NCBI GenBank assembly: GCA_016784545.1
Contig: JADHUM010000006.1
Location: 2,142 to 66,141, forward strand
Direction: 5' to 3'
Origin: Fidelibacterota bacterium
GTDB taxonomy: Bacteria > Fidelibacterota > UBA8477 > JABMPR01
DNA: 64,000 nt
Shown here: positions 36,064 through 46,058 of the stretch, in pieces
Numbering within the stretch: position 1 is the stretch's first letter
How the letters are laid out: each line of letters begins with the position of its first letter
Program-made: the position numbers and the translations under genes
Notes under the pieces: model-generated
The model's database searches: none
Told to the model about the DNA's origin: nothing
Seen by the model: the letters and a program-made list of their open reading frames with translations, nothing else

Positions 36064-37590
36064 TCAGGCACTTGCCGGTGTTTTCAAGCTTATCTCAAAG
36101 CTGGTGCCCTGCCCTGGAGCAGACTCCACAGAAATATCTCCCTGATGGTATTCACGGACGATGCGTTCGACGAGACTCAGACCCAGACCCCAACCCCGTT
36201 TTTTTGAGCTCCACCCTGGCCTGAAGATGTTTTTATGGTCTCGCAGTGGGATGCCTTCTCCGTTATCACGAACTCGAACCTGGACCCAGTTGCTGCGTCT
36301 AAGCACCTGGACTTGTATGATGCCCTCATCCTCTTTTATGGCATCAACAGAATTTTTTAACAGGTTTTCAAAGGCCCATCCAAACAATTCTGCATGAGCT
36401 AAAACCCGATAATCTTCAGGACAATCGAATTCCACGTCAATGGACTTGCCCCACTGTGGGATGCGACGCTGAACATAACCGAGGACAGGTTCTACCAATT
36501 CCTTGATAGAAAGATTTTCTAGTTTCACGCCAGCACCAATTTTTGAGAAGCGATCAGCGACCTGATTCAGTCTCTGAAGGTCTCTATCCATCTCTTCTAC
36601 AATTTTGCTGGTTTGCTCTCTATTCTCCTCTTGTCTTAAGAGTTCTATCCACCCCATGAGCGATGAGAGAGGGGTCCCCAGTTGATGGGCTGTTTCCTTG
36701 GAAAGCCCCACCCAGATACCCCGATGTTCTGCCTTTCGAATAAATTGGAAACCCGCAAAACCCAGCAGGATAAATCCCCCCATGATCCCAAACTCGATAA
36801 AAGGGAACCAGCGCAGGGCCTGAATTAAACCAGAATCCTCATAGTGAATCAGCATGACGGTTTTATTGCCAAATTTAACTGGAACGGGGTCATTTATTGA
36901 ATCCATCCGCCGCAGCGCCATTTGAAGCACCAGCTTACTGTCCTTTGAATCCAGGGTTTCACCAAGATCTATGGTATGGTTCTGAATTTCTACATCCCCC
37001 TGAGCATTCATCTTGGTCAAAATCATGGGAAAGTTGACTGCTCGCATGATATTTTCGACGATTTCTTCAAATTTTGGTCGCTCAATACTTCCAAAATGAA
37101 CCCGCATGATTTCCTGATCAAGATATTTGACAGGAATCGCCTCATTTTGAGCATCCATGGCCTCAACGATCTGGTAGAGAAAGGGGGGTAAATTTGCTTC
37201 ATCTATTGAATCGGGAATACTGACATTGCGATGAGCATATATGATTTGTTGGCCATCCTCAATAACAGTGATAATAACAGGAAAGCTGATATTGCGAATA
37301 ATCTTGTTAAAAGCGAAATCCATGCTGGGTGTATCCGCCGTCAGGGCTGTGGCATATAGATTCGCATTATAGCTCAAAAATCGGCGCTGCTCATCCAGAT
37401 AGGCTTGACTCTGCAGGTCAGCAGAAAGCGCATTCGCCAATAATTTAGAATTGTAGCTTAAGAAACGCAGGTTGTCATCTTTCAGTTCTCTGACAAGCCA
37501 ATTTGTATATAAGAGGGATCCAATAATTATTAAAATGCTGAGGACAAAGAGCCCCAGTTTTATGTTTGTAGTGGATCGGAAATCTCGCAT
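36064..37590 (-). CDS. Two-TM sensor histidine kinase with an internally duplicated periplasmic domain
   Basis: H box ETAHQLGTPLSSL, N box ENLLKNSVDAI, DNGEG, RGWGLGLSL; repeated RFLSYN and (S/N)FP(V/M)I..MD..N..(I/V)PVK modules. Confidence 0.92.
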   Translation of the reverse strand: MRDFRSTTNIKLGLFVLSILIIIGSLLYTNWLVRELKDDNLRFLSYNSKLLANALSADLQSQAYLDEQRRFLSYNANLYATALTADTPSMDFAFNKIIRNISFPVIITVIEDGQQIIYAHRNVSIPDSIDEANLPPFLYQIVEAMDAQNEAIPVKYLDQEIMRVHFGSIERPKFEEIVENIMRAVNFPMILTKMNAQGDVEIQNHTIDLGETLDSKDSKLVLQMALRRMDSINDPVPVKFGNKTVMLIHYEDSGLIQALRWFPFIEFGIMGGFILLGFAGFQFIRKAEHRGIWVGLSKETAHQLGTPLSSLMGWIELLRQEENREQTSKIVEEMDRDLQRLNQVADRFSKIGAGVKLENLSIKELVEPVLGYVQRRIPQWGKSIDVEFDCPEDYRVLAHAELFGWAFENLLKNSVDAIKEDEGIIQVQVLRRSNWVQVRVRDNGEGIPLRDHKNIFRPGWSSKKRGWGLGLSLVERIVREYHQGDISVESAPGQGTSFEISLKTPASA

Positions 37591-40043
37591 TACTCTTGCT
37601 CTGGATATTTCCTGCTTCTATAAATGAGAAAAGCACCAAGGCCTAAAATGATAAAGGCTGACAAGAAGGTAATTCTAAAACCAGCCCGAACTGCAGGCGG
37701 TTCATATACAAATGTCAATGTGTGCTGACCTGCAGGGACTGGAATACCGCGAATCAATTCATTTGATGCAAACATTTCCAACTTGGAATTGTCATCCATA
37801 TAAACTGACCATCCGGCGGAGTAGTACACTTCACTAACGATTAAAAAACCATCTTCATTATTATCTGTTTTTAATTGGAGTGATTGAAGGGAGTGCTCCG
37901 CCACTACAACGTTACCTACCCCATACTGGGTTTTCTCTATACTCCCCTCAGGATCAAGGACATAGGCTAATTTATCTGGACTCGCCATTGATGTATCCAT
38001 TTTTGAGCTCATCTCAGTTGAATGACTTACCGTAGCAATTTCTGGCACGAACCAGGCCCTGGGATAGTCATCTGTGAACTCATAAATAATAACCTGGGCG
38101 GTTTGTCCTCTGACGATATGCAGGGGTTGATCAATTAATTTGAAGAACGGGTCATTTATGGGATACGGAGAAACCAAATATTTTACATTCAAATTTCTTA
38201 ATAGATCCAGATGCCGTTTCCTCAGAGCAGGATCAACATCTCCAATGGGTTTTGGTGATGCGCCATTTGCAGTTTGTGAATAGTACTTGGGCAAGAATGT
38301 TTGTTCAATCTGGGTCGCGTTAAGAAAATCCTGGAGTATTTTCAATTTTGCAGGACTATAACCTCCGATTGACTCCAAGCCATGCAAGGCCCAGCCATTG
38401 GACCCGAACAAGATGTGGACAGGAAAAATCCTGCCAGGATTTTCTGCCGTAAGCTGTTTTAACTTGCGAATTGCTGGTGTTTCTTGCTCTCCCGCCTGGA
38501 CTCTCTTTTTTGGCACAGCATTTTTCGTGAAACGCAAATCAACATGCCCCAGCTCAACAATTACCAGAGCAATCATGGTTAGGGAAAGCACCATGCCTTT
38601 AATTTTTTGAGCGAAATATGCCCAAATCACAGCCAACCCCAGAGTTCCAATAAACAGACCTTTTATCAGGCTGGAGTAAAACATATCGATCCGGGCCACA
38701 CTCAATTGTGGATGGTATTTTGGTGACTGCGCCAAGACATTTGAAAAAGCCCCTGTAATCATTCCTTTAAAAAGTAGTACTACTACAAAGAGCCCACCCA
38801 TGACAGCAGTCGCGATAAGCATTCCCTTAACCAAATCTGCCCGTCGCTTCTCATCTAGGTTGAGTAGCGTATATAGCCCAACCCCGGCCAAAATGGCTAC
38901 CATTAGCTCCATTAAGATGAGAATCATTGAGGGAACACGGAACTTATTAAAAAATGGGAGGAGTTTGAAAAGCACGTCAAACAGATAGGGCCAATAGCTG
39001 CCAAAGCTCACCAGCAAGGCCAACAGCATGGTAGAGAGCAGAAATATTTTCACCTTTAAGTTTTCCCGATTAAAAAATGCTGCAACCATAAGGATAAGGA
39101 GCGTTAATCCAATGAAGTCGGAATGTTCGGTAAACGTGCGACCGCCCCAGTAGGTTTGACCACCAAATCCAAACCAGTCAGAGAAAAAGAGGGCTAAAAA
39201 TTCATAGGGTGGGAAGGACCAACTCGTGGCATAACCATACTCTAGTCCCCCGCTAGCGCTTCCACCTCGAATTGTGTGAGCTACATATGCCAGGGAAGGG
39301 ATGTAAAGGACTGCCGCCAAACCAATTCCCAGGATCAGACCTCCCAGAAAATATCCGACTGAGAGCTGAAAATTTTTCCAATTTTTCTCAACGGCCCTGA
39401 AAATTACTTCAATTACGACATACCAGCCCATAGCCATCCATCCATAATAGGCGACCTGAACGTGTCCCCTCTGAAGCTGGAAACCAGCCACAATGGCCAG
39501 GATTACCAAACCTTTCAAGTCGGGTTTGTCAAATATCCTTTTGGTAGCGTAAATCAACCAGGGTAGATAGGCAGCAGTCATCATCTGCGACCCATGACCA
39601 GCTGAGACCATAACGATAAAAAATGGGGTCAACATATAGGCAAATCCGCCAAGCAGAGCTGGCAAGAAACCCACTTTAAGACTCCTCAGCAATACATAGA
39701 CACCCATGGCGGCCAAGAGATAATGGAACAGCATGCTCCACAGTGATGGCATGCCAATTTTATTAAAAAGACTCAATATTAAATTGGGGAAGTAGACCCA
39801 CTTTGTATACATCATGCTGCTGAAAGCCGGCATACCCGAAAAAATGTAGGGTTGCCATAGAGGATACTCCCCCGTCTCAGTATGGTAAAGACTAAGTTGT
39901 CGTGTCATCCCTGAGGCTGCAGTAGTATCACCTCCACCAAAGATGTATCCTTTGAAAAAAACAGTTGAGAATAAGGCAAGCAGAATGAGAAGAAATATTC
40001 CTAATGCCTTGTTAATATCCTTGCGAATAAATTCTGAAAACAT
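37590..40043 (-). CDS. YfhO-like polytopic membrane glycosyltransferase (GT-C fold); start reassigned to ATG 40043
   Basis: PLWQPYIFSGMP, NKFRVPSM, many TMs, C-terminal SEVYYSAGWSV...NELIRGIPVPAGQHTLTFVYEP; RBS AAGGA. Confidence 0.82.
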   Translation of the reverse strand: MFSEFIRKDINKALGIFLLILLALFSTVFFKGYIFGGGDTTAASGMTRQLSLYHTETGEYPLWQPYIFSGMPAFSSMMYTKWVYFPNLILSLFNKIGMPSLWSMLFHYLLAAMGVYVLLRSLKVGFLPALLGGFAYMLTPFFIVMVSAGHGSQMMTAAYLPWLIYATKRIFDKPDLKGLVILAIVAGFQLQRGHVQVAYYGWMAMGWYVVIEVIFRAVEKNWKNFQLSVGYFLGGLILGIGLAAVLYIPSLAYVAHTIRGGSASGGLEYGYATSWSFPPYEFLALFFSDWFGFGGQTYWGGRTFTEHSDFIGLTLLILMVAAFFNRENLKVKIFLLSTMLLALLVSFGSYWPYLFDVLFKLLPFFNKFRVPSMILILMELMVAILAGVGLYTLLNLDEKRRADLVKGMLIATAVMGGLFVVVLLFKGMITGAFSNVLAQSPKYHPQLSVARIDMFYSSLIKGLFIGTLGLAVIWAYFAQKIKGMVLSLTMIALVIVELGHVDLRFTKNAVPKKRVQAGEQETPAIRKLKQLTAENPGRIFPVHILFGSNGWALHGLESIGGYSPAKLKILQDFLNATQIEQTFLPKYYSQTANGASPKPIGDVDPALRKRHLDLLRNLNVKYLVSPYPINDPFFKLIDQPLHIVRGQTAQVIIYEFTDDYPRAWFVPEIATVSHSTEMSSKMDTSMASPDKLAYVLDPEGSIEKTQYGVGNVVVAEHSLQSLQLKTDNNEDGFLIVSEVYYSAGWSVYMDDNSKLEMFASNELIRGIPVPAGQHTLTFVYEPPAVRAGFRITFLSAFIILGLGAFLIYRSRKYPEQE

Positions 40044-40281
40044 AGTGAGTCCTTGCGATACATCGGAATGGTTAAGGTTCATAGAAGGATAGGGAAACTC
40101 CAGTGCAAGAAGAGTCCATACCAAGCTTCATTTGCATCGAAGCTAAACCCATAATGGTTTATGGAAAATGATTTATCAGCTGAGAATCGGTCGACGCTTA
40201 ATACTGGAGATTATTTTTGTATATTTAATCCCCATTACACCTCAATTATCATTAAAGTGATTAACAGTTCTGACACCAAAG

Positions 40282-41886
40282 CTAATTTGCCAACAAATAG
40301 TCTATTAAAACCATCATATCGGAAATACTAATGACGCCATCCCCGGATATATCCGCACATCTTTCATTAAAATCGTTGACTGGCCTTCCAATGATGTATT
40401 GGACAAGGGTGATTAAATCAGAAATGTCTGTAATTCCATCACCATTGGCATCTCCTCTCGTCAGGCAGGCGTTTGGGGACACATCAGCAACTATGATATC
40501 TGCTCCGTTGACCAGGTCACCATGATTCCCCCACGCGGACAGATCCTCTGCAACTTGATTGTCAAAGTTATAGTAAGCTGCCAAATCAGGTTCATCTCCA
40601 GTTAAAGTCTCAAACATATCATTTTGAATTTGTTCAGCTGATCTGGGGATTGACCATAGTTTCATTTCGTCGATATACCCATAGAAATATCCGGCTTCGT
40701 AAAGAACTGAATGGAAGTGCCGACCTATCTCCACCTGATCAATGCTATAATCAAAGTCACCCGTCTGACGATTCACATCAGCCGAAACCAATACTCCATC
40801 CAGGTATAGGTATAGGCTATCCAGGCCTACCACACCAGCATAGTGATGCCATTCTGCATAATCCCTTGCAGGATATTCAACAATATCGTTTGGTCCCTGG
40901 GTACTTCTGATATTAAACCGTATCATGTCACCGGCAGTGGGATTTTTGGCATTGAGTATTATGGATGCAGCACCAGTCTCTGTTGCGTAATCCCGCTGGG
41001 CAAAAAGCGTATTTTGTTGTTCCAAACCACCACCAGTTCCCAACATAGCTGCCCAGATTTCAATGGTAAATTCTGTTGTATATATAAGCGGGTTGGGGAT
41101 ACTCACATAATCATCCAGCCCATCTAGATAAAGACTATAGCCAAATTCGATATTATTTAATTCCATCTCAATGATGTGGGCATCATCCATGGGCATCCCA
41201 TCATGTCCATTTTGAGTTAAATCGATCATCCCCTCCGATTCAAAGTCCCAATGTGCAAGCAGCGGAAGGTCTATGTATTGAATGAAGCCATGTTTTGCAT
41301 CTAATATGTCAGGACGATTCAGTGCTCCCCCCCAGATACGAAGATCATCAATGAAACCATTAAAAAAACCCGCAAGATAACTGGATGAATGGTAATGGCG
41401 GCCGATCTCAATTAGCTCAATACTTTGATGAAAAATCCCTGACTGAGTGTTTTCCACAATATCAACCAATTCGCCATCAAAGTACAGAAACACACTATCT
41501 GTGCTCACAACACCTGCATAATGATGCCATTCTTCATAATCGCTGGCAGGATACTCCACAATATTATTTGGTCCATTTGTACTTCTGATATTAAACCGTA
41601 TCATATCTCCTACAGTGGGGCTTACGGCATTCAGGATTATGGCTGATGTACCCGTTCCTGTTGAGTAATCCCGCTGAGTGAAAATAGTATGTTGTCCGTC
41701 CAGCCCACCTCCAATTCCATTGGTGTAAGCCCACCCCTCGATTGTAAATTCAGTCCCTTCAATAATTGTTGAGGGTAATGATACATAATCCCCGTCCCCA
41801 TCGAGATGAAGCACATGATTTTGACCAAATAACCATACTGTGGTTATTAAATTTAGTAATACCCATATTGGAATCCGAGTTCTCAT
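40282..41886 (-). CDS. Secreted protein with two tandem LamG/pentraxin-like jellyroll domains and a C-terminal dockerin type I-like domain
   Basis: Signal peptide; LDGxDDYV..FTIE.W..WHHYAGV..G.IDD/E..W twice (offset 226 aa); C-terminal GDANGDGITDISD..ADISGDGVISISD. Confidence 0.85.
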   Translation of the reverse strand: MRTRIPIWVLLNLITTVWLFGQNHVLHLDGDGDYVSLPSTIIEGTEFTIEGWAYTNGIGGGLDGQHTIFTQRDYSTGTGTSAIILNAVSPTVGDMIRFNIRSTNGPNNIVEYPASDYEEWHHYAGVVSTDSVFLYFDGELVDIVENTQSGIFHQSIELIEIGRHYHSSSYLAGFFNGFIDDLRIWGGALNRPDILDAKHGFIQYIDLPLLAHWDFESEGMIDLTQNGHDGMPMDDAHIIEMELNNIEFGYSLYLDGLDDYVSIPNPLIYTTEFTIEIWAAMLGTGGGLEQQNTLFAQRDYATETGAASIILNAKNPTAGDMIRFNIRSTQGPNDIVEYPARDYAEWHHYAGVVGLDSLYLYLDGVLVSADVNRQTGDFDYSIDQVEIGRHFHSVLYEAGYFYGYIDEMKLWSIPRSAEQIQNDMFETLTGDEPDLAAYYNFDNQVAEDLSAWGNHGDLVNGADIIVADVSPNACLTRGDANGDGITDISDLITLVQYIIGRPVNDFNERCADISGDGVISISDMMVLIDYLLAN

Positions 41887-42181
41887 ACATTTTCCCCGCA
41901 ATTTGGTTGATCTGATACGATGGTCTAAACTTAACCTGCATTATTAGAGAATTAAGTACTCTTTTTTATAACAAAAATAATTCCTGAAATCGTGGTAAAT
42001 GTTGGGCTTTTCCACTCGCTTTAGATTGCACATATTTTGGGTATCTGGTCACCACCTACGCAGGAATTATTTTTTAAGCGGAAATCCTCCGCTGTTCCCT
42101 TTTACCTTTTACCAGTGGTCAAGCCTTTTAGTTTAATTCGTCAGTATCACGCCGGTGATTTTCAACGTGGAGATTCAGAAA

Positions 42182-43306
42182 ATGATATACATTCTGTATT
42201 CAAATGACTATGAACTGTTTCTCGGTGGGAACTACCTACCCGAAAACGAAGTTCTGATTCAGACAACAGAAAATGTACTCCGATCTTGTGACGAACTTGG
42301 TGTACCCATGACCCTCTTCTGTGATCTGACCTGCCTGTGGCGCTATCGTGAATTGGGTTATACTGAGTTTCCGCATTTGGTGGAAGAGCAACTGGTGCAG
42401 GCCATCAGGAGTGGCCATGACGTTCAGACCCACATCCATCCCCACTGGCTTGAAACTGAAATTTCATTTGGTAAGGATGGCAGTACAACTTTCGAAGTTG
42501 ACCCTGTCAAATTTCTCATCGGGAACTGGTCTCCAGAGGATGGAAGCAGCTTACGTGATTTCTGTGTAGGTCTCTTAACAAAGGCAAAAAAGCACTTAGA
42601 GGATTTATTGATCCCTATTAACCCAAACTATGAGTGTCTGGCCTATAGAGCAGGTGGATATGGTGTCCAACCACATTCTGAGGATATTTTCAGCGCACTC
42701 AAACAAACAGGATATACTATTGACTCATCAATAGTTCCTGGAATGACCTATGAGACCGATGTGAATCGTATTGACTTCACCCAGGTACCATCACTTGGGA
42801 ATTATTTTATTTCTCCCAGCACAGGTTTAGCTGAGGCTGCAGACAGCGGCGTGTTTGAGATTCCAGTATTAGCCCTTAGAAAGGGTGAAGCCAGATGGCA
42901 TCTAGCTAAAGCGTTTTTTAGAAAAGTGATCGGGGCATTCCTTTTTCGCGAAAGACGTAAACGGTTGGGATATCCTATCCAGATGAGTAATACACCCGCG
43001 AAGAAAAACACTCTGGCCAAGCAACTCATGCAAGAGGTTAAAATCGTTAGAGATGGTTGGTATTTGCTGGAATTGGGAGAGGATCCCGATCTAATGGTGG
43101 ATGTTGCTACCCAATACATCCAGCAATATCAAGAAAATAATTCGGACCTCTTTGTGTCCATTAGTTGCCATTCTAAATCAATGAATCCTAAAATACTAAG
43201 TGCATTTAAAACATTTCACCAGCAGATGGAACTCCGCTATGGCTCACAATTGAAAGCAATCACATTCCAGGAAGCTGGGAAGTATCTGAACCAGGAAAAG
43301 AAATAA
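42182..43306 (+). CDS. Polysaccharide deacetylase-like (CE4/NodB-like, WalW-like) protein; start reassigned to ATG 42182
   Basis: SNDYELFLGG, PMTLFCD, HDVQTHIHPHW, YRAGGY, IDSSIVPG, EIPV, CHSK. Confidence 0.7.
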   Translation: MIYILYSNDYELFLGGNYLPENEVLIQTTENVLRSCDELGVPMTLFCDLTCLWRYRELGYTEFPHLVEEQLVQAIRSGHDVQTHIHPHWLETEISFGKDGSTTFEVDPVKFLIGNWSPEDGSSLRDFCVGLLTKAKKHLEDLLIPINPNYECLAYRAGGYGVQPHSEDIFSALKQTGYTIDSSIVPGMTYETDVNRIDFTQVPSLGNYFISPSTGLAEAADSGVFEIPVLALRKGEARWHLAKAFFRKVIGAFLFRERRKRLGYPIQMSNTPAKKNTLAKQLMQEVKIVRDGWYLLELGEDPDLMVDVATQYIQQYQENNSDLFVSISCHSKSMNPKILSAFKTFHQQMELRYGSQLKAITFQEAGKYLNQEKK

Positions 43307-43312
43307 GCTGTT

Positions 43313-44269
43313 ATGAATCAGATCACTAAGCTCATCCCTCTATCTATTCGCAAATCCATTCGCCCGTTGTATAGTTCTTTACGGTCTATTGTGCGGAATC
43401 TACGCAGAGCCCGGATGGATGCATCATCGCTTGCCGATTTAAAATCCGACCTTGCTGCAGCACGATTTGGAGCAGGTGATATTTTAATGGTCCACTCAGC
43501 CATGTCACAAGTTGGCAATGTGGATGGTGGTGCAGGAACCATTATTAAAAGTTTTCTGGAAACCGTTGAACCTTCTGGCACCCTTTTGATGCCTGCATAT
43601 GGATCAGCAGCTGACGTTGAAGAAGGCATGAAAACTGGGAGCATTATCGACCTGCGCACACAGAAATCACATATGGGAAAAATTACTGAAGTTTTCAGGA
43701 CCTGGCCAGGTGTCATAAGAAGCTCTCACCCTTTTTCCTCAGTATGTGCAATCGGCAAGCAAATGGACTATATGCTTTCAGATCATTGGAAAGATCCAAA
43801 TATCAGTCATACAGATTCACCCCTGGGGAGAATCGTTGAATTGGATGCCCAGATTGTTGGTATAGGGGTAACAATTGCAGTGGGTATGGCAGTTTCACAT
43901 GTGATAGAGGATACTGATGAGACATTCCCAATTGAAGTCCACTCCCCTATTTTTGAAGCAAAATATATTGACTCAAATGGGGATTCGGTTAGGCGTGATA
44001 TTACCCGATTTGATCCTGAGGTATCTAAAACACGTATTGGCAGTCCAAATACGGAGTGGATAAACGAAATGCTCACCCAACATTTTTCAGCAATTGGTCT
44101 TATGCGACAATTTAAATTTGGCAATGCAGCTTCATGGGTGATGCATGCAGCTCCTGTGTTTAAGGAGCTAGAAAGATTAGCCAAAAAAGGTATTACGATT
44201 TATCTCACAGAATCTCAATGGAAAGAGATGAATAGAGGGAATCCCTCTATTGACTCCTGGCAAGCTTAG
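43313..44269 (+). CDS. AAC(3)/YokD family N-acyltransferase
   Basis: GDILMVHSAMS, GTLLMPA, MGKITEVFR, RSSHPFSSVCAIG, SHVIE. Confidence 0.85.
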   Translation: MNQITKLIPLSIRKSIRPLYSSLRSIVRNLRRARMDASSLADLKSDLAAARFGAGDILMVHSAMSQVGNVDGGAGTIIKSFLETVEPSGTLLMPAYGSAADVEEGMKTGSIIDLRTQKSHMGKITEVFRTWPGVIRSSHPFSSVCAIGKQMDYMLSDHWKDPNISHTDSPLGRIVELDAQIVGIGVTIAVGMAVSHVIEDTDETFPIEVHSPIFEAKYIDSNGDSVRRDITRFDPEVSKTRIGSPNTEWINEMLTQHFSAIGLMRQFKFGNAASWVMHAAPVFKELERLAKKGITIYLTESQWKEMNRGNPSIDSWQA

Positions 44270-44298
44270 GTTCGACGACTATCCTACCCTGAGTTGAG

Positions 44299-44982
44299 CT
44301 ATACCAGTCCGCCGCTTAAATCTATAGATGACCCTGTTATATATTTTGTATTTCTCAGATACTCCACCGTTGAGAGAATATCCTGGGGTTCACATAAGAA
44401 GCCTGCTGGTATTTGAGCAGTAATTTTCTTCCTGTACTCTTCCGGGACAGTATTGATCATACCGAGTTCTGAATAACCCAAATTTATGTTATTGATGGTT
44501 ACATTGAGCGAAGCATTCTCAATAGCCAAAGATTTTGTCATACCCCAAAGGGCGGATTTGGATGCAGAATACGCACTGATACCAGGGGTAGGTTTAACGG
44601 CCACCACGGATGAAAAGTTAATCACCCTACCATATTTTTGATCACGCATTAGGGGCAACAAAGCCCTTATAAAGTGGTAGCTGCCAAACAAATTGGTCTC
44701 TACCACCTTTTTCCATTCATCAGGATCACTTTTATGTGTGTAAGCGTTGTATGAAATTCCTGCACAATTAATCAGGGTGAGGTGATTGGCAGACTCTGCT
44801 ATTTTTTCAACAAATTCAACTACCTGAGTAGAATCGCAGACATCAATTCGAACAAAATTGTCCACACGATGTTGAGGTACAGTACTAAGGTATGTTCCAA
44901 TAATTGGCTCATCTCCCCTGTCCAGATATGTCTCAAGCAAGTATTTGCCTATCCCCTTTGATGCCCCGGTAATAATAATCAT
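44299..44982 (-). CDS. FabG-like short-chain dehydrogenase/reductase; start reassigned to ATG 44982
   Basis: TGASKGIG, NCAG, YSASK; the ORF-track extension overlaps the upstream gene by 130 nt and is not SDR-like. Confidence 0.9.
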   Translation of the reverse strand: MIIITGASKGIGKYLLETYLDRGDEPIIGTYLSTVPQHRVDNFVRIDVCDSTQVVEFVEKIAESANHLTLINCAGISYNAYTHKSDPDEWKKVVETNLFGSYHFIRALLPLMRDQKYGRVINFSSVVAVKPTPGISAYSASKSALWGMTKSLAIENASLNVTINNINLGYSELGMINTVPEEYRKKITAQIPAGFLCEPQDILSTVEYLRNTKYITGSSIDLSGGLV

Positions 44983-45004
44983 GCGATATCTTTCGTTTTT
45001 ATAT

Positions 45005-45997
45005 TTATGACCAGCGTAATATTGAAGCGCCATAGGTCCAACCAGAACCAACAGCAGCAAATAGTAAGGTACTTCCACCATGGAGCTTGCCACTACGATT
45101 TGATTCATCCAGAAGAATGGGAATCGTACCACCACTTGTGTTGGCGTATTTATCCATGTTGGTCAAAACCTTTTCCCAGGGAAGTTTTAAAATTTCTGCA
45201 GTTTTTTGCAAGATTTTAATTGAGGGTTGATGTGGAATCATATAGTCGATATCATCAATGGTAAGTCCGGTATCCGCAAGCACCTGATTGATGGCAATTG
45301 GCAGAACCTTGGTGCCCGTATTGTATACCTCGCGGCCGTTCATCTGGAAATAATGCAGCCCTTGCTCCACACTTTCGTGAGTGGATGGTATTTCTGATCC
45401 TCCTGCAGGAATCGTATAGTTCCATTTTCCCCTGCCATCAGTATACAGTCGAAATGCCAGGAAGCCTTCATCCACATCTCCATGAGAAAAAATTGCTGCT
45501 CCAGCACCGTCACCAAAAAAAACAGCATCGCGCCTGGTCCAGTCCGTAATTCTGGAGAAGGTATCTGCACCGATAACCAGAACATTATCATAAACACTTG
45601 TGGCGATATATTGGGAGGCAACTGACATTGCATATAAGAAACCACTGCACACTGCGGAAATATCAAATGCAACGGCATTATAGGCCTGTATCTTATCCTG
45701 CACGATGGCTGCAGTTGATGGAGCAAGTCGATCTGGTGTCGCTGTTGCAACGATGATTAAATCTATGTCCGTTACCTTAAGACCAGCATTTTCAATGGCA
45801 TTGAGGGCGGCTTTTGAGGCCAAATCACTGGTTGCCTGATTTTCTGCTGCGATCCGTCTTTCTTTAATGCCCAGATTCTCATATATCCATGCAGCATTGG
45901 TGTCTATTTTGGATTCCAGATACTCGTTGGTAATTATTTTTTCAGGGAGATATGACCCGGTACCAGTAATTTTTACGGCTCTAACGAATTGTTTCAT
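45005..45997 (-). CDS. fabH: FabH-like 3-oxoacyl-ACP synthase III within the glycan locus
   Basis: ITGTGSYLP, GIKERRIA, catalytic AVCSGF, FGDGAGA, PHQPS, ANTSGG, GSGWTYG. Confidence 0.88.
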   Translation of the reverse strand: MKQFVRAVKITGTGSYLPEKIITNEYLESKIDTNAAWIYENLGIKERRIAAENQATSDLASKAALNAIENAGLKVTDIDLIIVATATPDRLAPSTAAIVQDKIQAYNAVAFDISAVCSGFLYAMSVASQYIATSVYDNVLVIGADTFSRITDWTRRDAVFFGDGAGAAIFSHGDVDEGFLAFRLYTDGRGKWNYTIPAGGSEIPSTHESVEQGLHYFQMNGREVYNTGTKVLPIAINQVLADTGLTIDDIDYMIPHQPSIKILQKTAEILKLPWEKVLTNMDKYANTSGGTIPILLDESNRSGKLHGGSTLLFAAVGSGWTYGASILRWS

Positions 45998-46058
45998 TTA
46001 TTTAAAAATATTCCTCTACTCATATCAAAAATGTGAAAAACCGGCCATATCAATTCGC

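Noticed and set aside
40282-40458. Cellulosome
   Set aside because: A single dockerin-like domain with no cohesin scaffoldin or glycoside hydrolase in the window
43313-44269. Aminoglycoside resistance gene
   Set aside because: Fold-level similarity only; altered NTxLH motif, glycan-locus context and no mobile-element features
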